A DNA stretch of 64,000 nt, taken from the human T2T-CHM13v2.0 reference genome, Homo sapiens. Made by a program: the position numbers and the translations under genes. The first letter of the stretch is position 1. Every line of letters starts with the position of its first letter. The stretch lies in NCBI RefSeq assembly GCF_009914755.1, contig NC_060930.1, one strand, 5' to 3'. Below the pieces are notes generated by a model that made no database searches, was not told the DNA's origin, and worked only from the letters and a program-made list of their open reading frames with translations. Of the stretch, positions 41,451 to 64,000 are shown piece by piece.

Positions 41451-42795
41451 TTGGAAATTACTTGTTCCAGCATTTTATTTTCCATTCATAAATCTTTCTA
41501 CTTTTCTATTTTTTTAAAAAAAACAGCCCGATGAAGATCCTCAAAATATGCAACTATTAAAAGAAACATATTTTTAAAGTTTTCAATAGCGCACTTGCAG
41601 ATAAAATGTTGCTCCAATCCCCCAATAAAAACCAAAAATCAAAAAACAGAGAAAAACCTACTTCCCTTAGAATTAGGATAAAAATGTATAAAGGAATTTT
41701 AAAGAATAAAAAATTGCCTTGCAGCACTGAAATGAGTGCAAAGTCATCTATCTTTGTGAATTAAAAAAAAAAAAAGATGTTTGCTGGCGGTTTTCTTTTT
41801 GTAAAAGCTCTAAAATAGGAAGGGAAAGGAAAATGCAGAATTCAGTCAATTATTGATTAAATGGCCTAATAAGAAAAGCTGCTAGGAAGTCACAGACAAC
41901 CTGAATCACAGTTTTAAGAAACTCTCCAGTCATTTCTCTGAGGACAGCAAGTAAAGATAATTCAAGTACAGAAGAAACCTTAAATGTACTCACCTCAACA
42001 ATTAGCAGACTGCACAGTGATGAGTAGTAAGGATAATAAGGAAGGTCTACTTAGTGTTAGGCGAGGGGACAGAGGCTGTTAACACTTATCCAACCCATCC
42101 CATTACTAGTCTGGCTGTTTCTACTGAGCCTTGTTCGGAAGGTGAGCCCTCCCAAGTCTCTTACTACTCCTTAATTGGACATACAGTAGTGTGCAAAATG
42201 GAGTCTCATTCTCAAATAATCCAGAGTAACAATATTTCAGTGGTAAAGCAAAAGGTCTAACCACAATAACAAATTATTTTCTTGTTGACAATACACACAT
42301 ACGATATTGAGATATCATGAATGATAAATAGCTATGTAGAACTATAATGATGTATTTATTGCCTGGTCTTAACAACTGGAATTTAACAACGGAGTTTCAA
42401 GACTCCACATACATTCTTCCAAAGTGCTACAAGATAATCAATGTTTTCAACTATGTGAAAACTGTTCATGTGTGCCCAAAGGTTAAAACTTAGATAGATG
42501 AAAATGTACTCTGAGCATTTATTAAGTTAAAATAAATACATAAAGGCTCTTGAAGAAACAACACTACCTGAGAGTTTTAAATTGTATCAAAGCATCAAAG
42601 CATAAGGCACAACATAATTCAAGAGAATAAATTCTGGATTAAACTTTTAAAATCCCTAAGGATTCTCAAAAGGAGAAATTTTCAGCAATAGATACAAACA
42701 GATACAACCTTTTGTAAGAATCAGCACTATCAATATACACTCCACTTAAAGATACAAAAGGAAAAAAAGTGACAAACATTTAGAAATGCAAAGAA

Positions 42796-43879
<1,084 letters not shown>

Positions 43880-43960
43880 TTCTTCCATCTTTCAACAAAA
43901 ATCTATACCCATTATGTGCTATGCCCTCCTCTAGATAATGTGTTATGCACTACTCTAAAT

Positions 43961-44247
43961 CAGGAACCAGGCCACACAGCAGGAGGTGAGTGGCAGGCAA
44001 GTGAACATCACTATCTGAGCTCTGCCTCCTGTCGGATCAGCAGCAACATTTGATTCTCATAGGAGCATGAACTCTGTTGTAAGCTGCCCATGAAAGGGAT
44101 CTAGGCACAAGTTCCTTGTGAGAATCTAATGCCTGATGATCTGAAGTGGAACAGTTTCATCCCAAAACCATCCCCTCGACTTCTGACTGTGGAAAACTTG
44201 TCTTCCATGAAACTGGGCCCTAGTGCCAAAAAGGTTAGAGACCACTG
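43961..44247. mobile_element. MER1B-type hAT element inside an L2 fragment
   Basis: CAGG...ACCACTG termini with perfect 8-bp TSD CTCTAAAT. Confidence 0.88.
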
Positions 44248-44716
44248 CTCTAAATTATGTGCTATGCACGACTCTAGATACTCGAGTTACAACAATGAAC
44301 AAAACAGACAAAAAAACCTGCCTTCAAGAAGTTTATAGTAGAAAGGGAAGATAAAGTGACAAGATGTAAATAAACAAAATCTGTAGTGTACTAGATGGTG
44401 ATCAGTGCTATCCAGAAAAATAAACCAGGATTTTCTATGATTTGGATTCAATTTATTTTAGCAAATTTCTTGCCCCTAAAATCCCACAAATACTTCTGTG
44501 AAAAATGCACTGATCTATAAGCCATGAAGTCCAAAAAACCTAACAATTGTGATTTACAATGATGGTCATACCTTCTATTTTTAAAATTATATGGCTTCTC
44601 ATTTACTTGCTAAAATTAAGCGCAGTGGCTTACAATTTACTAAATGCAAACACGTAAAAGCATGCCAACATAAATAGGTGACTGATAAATGATTACCTAC
44701 GTATTTTTCAAGTTAA

Positions 44717-44767
44717 TATACATAATTTTAAGAGCTACGCTACATTTATACATAATTTTAAGAGCTA
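44717..44767. repeat. Short direct duplication, period 30
   Basis: tatacataattttaagagcta occurs twice. Confidence 0.85.
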
Positions 44768-47540
44768 TATGCCTAAAACTGGATCGACAAAACAGACTTT
44801 TAAAAAAATTTAGAATTGCAAATTCCCTGCCCAATTCCACCCCTTCTCTCCCCACCAAAAAAAACTATCTATTCCCCTAGTCATTGATTATCTAGAATGG
44901 GGTTCCCTCCTCCTTACAGAATAAGAAACTATTGCGGAGGAACCGCAAAAGAAAAGCATAGGGGATTTTCATATGGCCTTCAAGAGATCCTTAAGAAGAA
45001 ATAACATATTTCAACAGACTTCATAACCTTTCAAGTGACAAAACAATATCCTGAGTGGAAAACGAACATACAAACCTAATGTGTAGGTCAATCTCAAGTC
45101 ATTTAATTGAAGGCGGTGACTAACCAAGACCACCTGTGCCCAATACACTGATAAATTACAAAGCAAGAAATCCAAGGCAGCCCTACTTTATCAATGTCAA
45201 CTCTCAAAACACTGATCAAAGTAAAAAGGAATAGATATTCAATGATAAAACTCTAAGTAAAAATCAAAGTTGTGGTATTATCACTAGCTAAAAGGAGACC
45301 AAACAACAAAAAAAGTGTCCTTACTTTTTTTATTAAAAATAATTCTGATGACATGAGTTATGGCAATGCACAAATAACTTATACACTAAGTAAAACTCCC
45401 AACTCACTAATCAGTGACTGGTTTACACATGTCTTCTCTAAAAACCTGTCCACCTTCACCTATTGAGAACTTTGAATTCTTACATAGTATCCGGCAAAAA
45501 TCATTATCATCTGGTTGTGTTATAAAAGTAACAGTGGTAAGAGAACTTTCTACTATTTGTTTCAACTTCTTAGAAATGATTAAAGGAGAATTCTAGCATT
45601 AGAATAAATACAATTACTCTGACCCTAGGAATATACTCTGAAATGTTAGTCTACCTACCTTTGTGCCTCAAGGCTGAATCTAATTAATGTCTGGAAAATG
45701 TTTTCAATTAAGTTTACATGGCTGTCCGTAACTGGATGAAAAACTTGGAAGCTGGCTAAAGATACCAAGAGAGCTGACTGAACATAGTTGAGCACTGTTC
45801 CTTAACAAGTCTATGATTTTAGTAAAAAAATGCAGTCAGTTCTGTCTAATATAGTCTATTATACTAAGGGTTCAACTATCATTTTATGTTGTTTGTGAAG
45901 CTTTGTATTTAGTTACATAAACTTAATAAGGTTTATTCTGATAAAAGTGAAATTTATTTTTAAATAAATTACAAATTAGTCCCTAACTAATCCTGCCATG
46001 TAATCTAACTTACAGAAATTTAGACTGAACTATTTGACAGTTCTCTACGGTTTCTAAATCCACGTTATTCTGAGAAGACTGTAATTAACATTTTTGGCAA
46101 TTCAACACATTTATAAATCTTAAAGAAAAAGTTACCAAAAACTAGGTTTAATTTATGGTCCAAAAAGCGTTAATAAATTATACCTACAGAGAATAGTGTT
46201 AGGTTTTACTCAACTTGCTAAAACTGAAATTAAAAAACAACACACTGGGCCCAGCTTCTTGTATAAGCATAAATAAATAAAGGGTCTAGACACTGATCTG
46301 TGTACTTTTACAGAATCACATCACACATATTAATAACAATCATAATAGCAGTAGGTATTATTGCTGTTAAATGCCTTCCAAAGTGTTCACATTTTCCTTA
46401 ATTATATCACCAGTAAAATTATATCTCCAGTTGAATAACCAAACTTTGAAATGATTTTTTGAAATCAGTATCCAAAGACATACCAGAATTCTGGTATGAT
46501 ACAGCTAAGAATGGAGTTTAGCAGTTGATCTAAGAAAAGTTATATAAAAATAAAATTATTAAGAAGTTGTTATGATTCCTTTCATCTGATCATTATTAAA
46601 TACGGATAGAAGCAGTTTAAAATCATGGTGCTATTATGCTACAATGACAAAAAACAGAGTGCACTCTTCAACTGCCCAAACCACTTCCTTCCAAGAGGAA
46701 AATGAGACCTTTATCATGTTTACCTCTAATGCAACAGCTGCATCTATATGAAATCATATTTAAGATTACTCAAGTTCTTAGTTATGACAAAAATGAATCT
46801 TCTGAATCTTTTATCCTTAAAAAATGTAATATAAATTTGAAAAAGCACTTCTTGTCATTGAAGCAAGAATATAGCATTTAGCTATATATTCTACAAAGTT
46901 TTAGGGTGCTTAGCTAGTTGCTCAAAATGTTTTCATGCACTCCTCAGATTTACTCTAAAATGAGATTAGAAGGCGAATTTCAGAGGATTTATCATCCATG
47001 CCTCTTTGAAAAGAGCTCATGTGCTTTATTTCTTAATGGAATTTTTTCCCCATTTAAAGTTTTCTATTTTATTCTATAAAATATATATAATCAGAATTAT
47101 GTAAGCTCCTAAGCTTAAAAATAAAATATTGAAACTTACATGCACTGGTATATGTCTACATGGACACCAGTTCTGAACAACAAAAAGGCCATTCTGACTT
47201 GCCACTGAGTCACTAGGATACCTGACAAAGCATTATACACTCAGTGTTCAACTTATGGAAAGATATACAAATGGTTTTTAATAAATCAGTAACCTTTATC
47301 CTATAACATCATATTTCATAGCCCAGTAAATCACATGCAACTCAAGATAAAACAATACACTTATACACTGAGATGTGAATGTGTCCCAGAAATACATGAG
47401 TAATTCTGAAACAGGCAGTATTAGCACAACTATGAACACAGATTTGTAGAACTATACTTCAGCCAGGAGGAAAAGAAATAGACTAATTTTTCAAGATTCC
47501 CTCTTGTCCTAATTGAAAAAGGAATAAAGATACATACAAT

Positions 47541-47662
47541 GATTCAGAAAATAATCAGTGCTAAGCATTCCCTTTATGTTTATATGATCATCATAGGTAA
47601 CGATCCAGAAAATAATCAGTGCTAAGCATTCCCTTTACCTGTATATGATCATTGCAGGTAAC
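47541..47662. repeat. Two-copy tandem duplication, ~61 bp unit
   Basis: cagaaaataatcagtgctaagcattcccttta...tatatgatcat...aggtaac occurs twice. Confidence 0.9.
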
Positions 47663-48763
47663 TATAATTGACCAACTATGACAGAATAAATCCTGTTGGC
47701 CATTACATAATCAACCACAAGTCAACATGACTTTTTGTACCCCTCCTCCTCTACTCTGTCTGCAAAATCTCATTCTGTGAAACTCATCACCACAATGAAG
47801 TCAGACTCCCTATAAATCTTCTGAGAATACAATTGTTCAAAGGCATCTGACTATGAGGAATTCTCCATTATTTTACCACACTTGCTTTAGGTTGTAAACC
47901 ATTTGGAGTATATTATACTTATACCACCTAATTTTCAGTAACTTCAGAAGGCAATTCTAAATTTTTAATGCAGCCTGTAATGCACATGTTTTGAACAAGG
48001 TTTTCTTAGTAATTCTTGCTTCTATACTGGTTCAAAGCAGCTAAAATTAGCTTTTATAAATCTTTTTCTAATCTGAATCCCAGTATTTTCCTATCCAAGT
48101 TCCTGGGCAACAGGTAGGGTGTGCAAGTCTTAGTAAATGACACTCTGCTCACCTGTTATAGCAAAGGGTGTTTATATTAAAGCAGGTGCTCTTCTGTCCT
48201 CTGAGAGCTATCGGCTAGACTCATTCTCTAATATGCAATAGTGCCTTAAAAACCTGGGTCACTCAAGATTAGGACATTTCACATCTTTTTTTCCCACATA
48301 GAATACGTTTTAAATTTAATAATATTGACTCTAAGTAAAAACTAATGAGAAGAATATACTTGAAAACACTGCATTGGTTTTCAGATGATAAAAGACAAAA
48401 AATGCAAATGAACAATGGTGTCCAGAAAAAATTCCAGGAAACAGAAAAAGGATCCTATAACCCTCCATTTTTCCAACACCATATTAAACATAAGACAATG
48501 TCACCTTTGCCTACTATCTTGAAGAAGTCCAATATTCTGTGAATTGTGATCATACATCCTGAAACCAGGTTAAGGAAAAAGTGTTTGAAGAGATAAAAAT
48601 CCAGATTCCACTAGGAATTCTCCCTTCTCCCAACAAGAGATAAGACTCAGAAAGTTTGTAACCAAAAAAATAAACAAACTTTGTATCCTTGTAGTTAATG
48701 GTACTGACTTTGAGTTGGTTTTGTTGTTGTTATTATGGTCAGCAAGAAAATAAATTACATTCT

Positions 48764-49056
48764 TTTTTTTTTTTTTTTTTTTGAAGAGACGAGGTGCAGT
48801 GGTAATTCACTAGCATGATCCCACAAACAGACCAGCATGGGGGTTGTGACTTGCTGTTTCTGACCTGTTCTGGTTCACCTCTCCTTAAGCTATCTGGCAT
48901 CCTGAGAGGTCACCATATTCATGCCAAACTTAGTGTGGACATCCAAGCAGCATAGTGCACTACAACCCACAACTCCTGGGCAAAGGGATCTCTCCACCTA
49001 ATCTTGACCTCTCCACCTCAGCCTCCCAAACAGCTGAGACTACTGGCACACACCTG
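48764..49056 (-). pseudogene. 7SL (SRP) RNA processed pseudogene
   Basis: Minus strand contains the S-domain absent from Alus (cactaagtttggcatgaatatggtgacctc...aaggagaggtgaacc...caggtcagaaac), a poly(A) tail and TSD tacattct. Confidence 0.9.
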
Positions 49057-49310
49057 TACATTCTATTACCAATAATGTTAAATGTTAAAAAAAGAAAAAA
49101 CTTAAAAACATAAACAAGGTAGAAAATTACAGCAAAGCAGAAATTCAATCTAAAATCTTAAGCCCTCCATCTTTATATAAGGCAGTAAAGTCTCTTAATG
49201 AGAGAGAAATAGCAATTTCAAAAGCCAAATGTCTGGACACAGGAATAACAGGAAAGCATTGTCATAAAACAAATGCATGATTTTAGAAACCTAGAGTAAG
49301 AAAGAAAATA

Positions 49311-49897
<587 letters not shown>

Positions 49898-49905
<8 letters not shown>

Positions 49906-50089
49906 GAGAGAGAAAGAAAAGAGAAAGAAGAGAAGAGAAGAGAAGAGAAGAGAAGAGAAGAGAAGAGAAGAGAAGAGAAGAGAAGAGAAGAGAAGAGAAG
50001 AGAGGAAGGAAGGAAGGAAGGAAGGAAGGAAGGAAGGAAGGAAGGAAGGAAGGAAGGAGAAAGAAAAGAAAAAGAAAGAAAAGAAAGAA
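49898..50089 (+). repeat. Pure purine tract: (AGAAG)~15 (GGAA)13 (GAAA)n
   Basis: 192 consecutive A/G bases extending from the AluY tail. Confidence 0.97.
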
Positions 50090-50404
50090 CTGTTACTTGT
50101 ACCATACACAATGCAAGTAGAAAAATAGGATAACCTGACTCATACTATTAACCAGTGTCATTGCTCACTTTCCTCACTATCTAATCTCCAAAATTGAGGC
50201 TTAACAGCAAAAGATAAAATAAAATATGAAGTTTTATTTGCTAAAACTGAGAACAGAATGAACATTATAAATGTTAAAATTAAATGTGAATATACTACAT
50301 TTAAAAATTTAGTATGTTTGGCTATTAAAACCTATGAATTAGAAATAAAATCAAAATGCAAATTACAAATATTTTGAACAGATATAAAAGCACTATTTTC
50401 CTGT

Positions 50405-51058
<654 letters not shown>

Positions 51059-51061
51059 TCA

Positions 51062-51211
<150 letters not shown>

Positions 51212-51414
51212 TTAGTTACTTAACATTTGTGTAATAGTGTTTTATATAAAAACAGCAGATAAATAATGTTATTTCTCAGCTGGGCGTGATTTGCACATGC
51301 AAATCTAAAGGTGTTTTAAGTCCATGTAATGGTTTAAAACTAAAGGTATTTTAAGTCCATGTCATTTTTTTCCTTTTTTAAATTTGTTTAAGTTTTATTT
51401 ACAGGTTTGGGGGT

Positions 51415-52165
<751 letters not shown>

Positions 52166-52549
52166 CTATTTCCAAAAAAAAAAAAATCGTTTTAAAATAA
52201 CTCATAATGGTTCAAAACAGTAAGTATACTAAGCTCCCAATCATCAAATACTCTGCTTCTCAGATAATCCTGGACTCTATGCATAGTTTGTCTCTGGAGA
52301 AAAGGTGTTAGATATTTTTCTTTTCCCAGAAGCAAACATAAGTTAAAAAGTAATTAACATAGCAATGCTATATTCCTTACTTCCTGTATTTTACAAGTAA
52401 CACATGTATCTTACATAAATAAAGGAGGGTAAAAAATATATAAAACACCTATAAGTCTACCACTCAAAGATAATCAATGTTAAAACTCTGGACTATGCTA
52501 TCCATTAATTTTTCACATGATTTTTTTTCATTAAAAAGAAAATCATGAA

Positions 52550-58225
<5,676 letters not shown>

Positions 58226-58563
58226 GACAATCATTAACTACAGGGAAAATAAAATGTTATGCAAGAAAGGAAAGCAACTATAACCAACTATTTGGCTTAA
58301 CTATGAATAGTTTTCGTGTACTCAAAAAAATAATAACACACAAAAATGATCTAACTAAAATTACAATAATTGTATTGGAGGGATACAAGGCTAATGTGCT
58401 TATACACCACAGGGCGGGAGGAGGGGCTGAAAAAGAGAACAATAGCCTCATCTTCCAGAAAGTCAACAGGTGATACCTAAAACCAAAAAACCAGGAAGTA
58501 GCATTTAGCATGCTATTTAGATATAGAGACAACATTTTAAAATCCATTAAAATAGCTGAGAGA

Positions 58564-59273
<710 letters not shown>

Positions 59274-60074
59274 TTAAATAAAAATTTTATTTTTACAAAT
59301 TTTCTATTCCACCTCCCTTAAAGTACAGGAAGGAAGGGAAGAAATTAACAGAAAACATCTTATGCAATTAAAACAGATTATATTAACATTCAACCATCAT
59401 GCCTAAACTGGTTAGTGTCCTAAGGAAAGATCTATGTCATTTCTAGGGTTTCATAACCCTCTGTTGCACGTACCGTGTCACTAAGCATCCTACGGATATT
59501 CAGAATACAGTCTTTCCTTACAGAATAGGTGGTATTATATTATTAATACATAACAAAATCTGAATTTTTACAGGAATTGTAGATTCCATATAATAATCAT
59601 GATTGAGTTTATTCTATAATAAGCCATTCAAAATTTTAGGAAAGTTGTTTTTCTATACCTCATTCCCCAATTTTTAATCATAAAGGCCTTGAAAACCAGC
59701 ATGGTAAGTAAATATTCAATATTATTCTTTATTCAAAAATTAAAAGATTCAAAATATAAATACTATCAAAGGAATGTATAATTTAATAAATAAAACTTAA
59801 CATTTTCTGCCATGATTTCAAAACAACTACTCAACAGTAACATAATTCTATGTTATCTCTACTTCTAAAATTAATAATGCTCCATTAAATAATGACAATT
59901 TGGTTAAAACTTTGGGATTTCAACAATCTCTTCAGCAATATCCCATACCACCTCCATGTGATTCAAAAATACATAAACTTATTTTTGCAAAGAAAGTGGT
60001 ATGGCAAAATGGCCAATACTACTTTATATAAAATATAAGTCTAATAACAGGACAAAATGTTAACAGTAATTTTA

Positions 60075-61135
<1,061 letters not shown>

Positions 61136-61218
61136 GTAACTTGCAGAAACACTTGTACTACACTTTGCCTAACTGTCACATTCAATATCATTTTCTAAAA
61201 CATACTTTTAAAACATCA

Positions 61219-61332
<114 letters not shown>

Positions 61333-61889
61333 TCATGGATAACTGGTACTTAAAAAATATATGCAAATGACAATTAATTTACTGAAATATTAGCAACAAT
61401 CAATAACAGCTGATGACATCATAACATCTTTATCTGTAATATCAAGCCATATCTGCAATATTTAAACAAACACTACTTGACGCAAGATACAAAACTGCTT
61501 CTATGACTCAAAGATAACAGGATAAAACAATGACACAGTCAGGTTTTCATATCATTGGGACAAATCACATTCAAACTGTAGAGAAGTTTCTAGTATTGAC
61601 TAAGTTCATGAAATAGTAATATTCATTAGAAATATAACAAAATACAAGTCTAATGGAAGGGGAATGGATAGAGAAAAATGATGTCTCAACATTGTATCCT
61701 ACATTCTTGACAGCAAAACATTTAAAACATAACACTAAGATGTTACAAAACCATACTCAGAATATCAATAAAATGCATGTCTATGCATCCCTCTACTCAC
61801 TGGAGGGTGAGGAGGGGGATGTAGAGATTCTTTTTTTTTTAAGTTATTTGTATTGTGGTAAAATACATATAAAATTTGCCATCATAACT

Positions 61890-62976
<1,087 letters not shown>

Positions 62977-63118
62977 CCCATCACAACCATTTTTAAGTGT
63001 ATAGTTCACTGGTAAATAGTCCAGTGAGTAAACAGTAATACATACAATACAGTGTGTATATGTTAAATACATATGTATTGTATACATATTATATAATAAA
63101 TATAGTAGTAATGTAATA

Positions 63119-63168
63119 TGAGGTTGGTGCAAAAGTAATGGTGGTTTTTGCCATTACTTTGAATGGCA
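63119..63168. mobile_element. MADE1, partial
   Basis: aggttggtgcaaaagtaatggtggtttttgccattactttgaatggca. Confidence 0.85.
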
Positions 63169-63453
63169 GAGTATATACTATACATGAATATATTACTATT
63201 TATTCAACTAGATCATAAATATCTTCATACCATGGATTATATCATATTTCTTTAATCAACTCAGTAGTAAGCATAGCCAGGCTCATAGTAGCTCTCAATA
63301 AAACTTTGATTATTAATATTCAATCTTGTAAGTCAATAGCTAAAATTCTCATTGATTGAATAAAACTTTTTAGAAAAAAACAACTGACAAGTTACTTTTC
63401 TTGCTTTTTGTACTTGTAATGAAGTTAAATATCACTTAAAATTAGCATTATAA

Positions 63454-63788
<335 letters not shown>

Positions 63789-64000
63789 AACTCTGGGTAA
63801 ACTTTTAAGATAAAACATTTACAAAGTTCCTTTATCTAACACACTGTTAGGAAAACCTTAAGAAATAAATATTCAATAATCATGAGACCACAAACCAGAT
63901 AGTCCCATTAAAATAAATACATTGTTTAAATGTGTGATCGTGTGTCTATACCTATATGGGTGGATTTCTAAAACCTTTCAGAAGCCTATTATGGACCACT

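Noticed and set aside
47541-47662. Short direct repeats here and at 44717 as a CRISPR-like or functional array
   Set aside because: Only two adjacent copies with no spacers, in a eukaryotic intron; ordinary local duplications.

Overview
This is primate (very likely human) genomic DNA from the middle of HACE1, the ankyrin-repeat/HECT E3 ubiquitin ligase gene, transcribed on the minus strand. Ten GT-AG coding exons (5-14 by my recollection of the 909-aa reference, residues ~109-522) splice into one continuous frame with consistent phases. The introns are AT-rich and full of repeats: about 35 Alus (several nested or serially stacked), a full-length ~6.1 kb L1PA antisense to the gene, a truncated older L1PA, L1M/L2/MIR fragments, a two-LTR MST-type MaLR, LTR3, MER51 and LTR54/MER57-like LTRs, MADE1/MER1/MER3/MER20 transposon fossils and a 7SL retrocopy. 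Nearly all other ORFs in the supplied track are repeat-derived. The best leads are all inferences awaiting RNA evidence: (1) the L1 antisense ORF0 keeps a phase-2 splice donor that would join in frame to HACE1 exon 8, giving an N-terminally truncated HECT fusion; (2) an in-frame alternative GTAAGT donor would add 32 aa to exon 11; (3) intron 11 holds two candidate poison exons. Repeat subfamily names, exon numbers and residue numbers come from memory, not from a search. Repeat boundaries are approximate.
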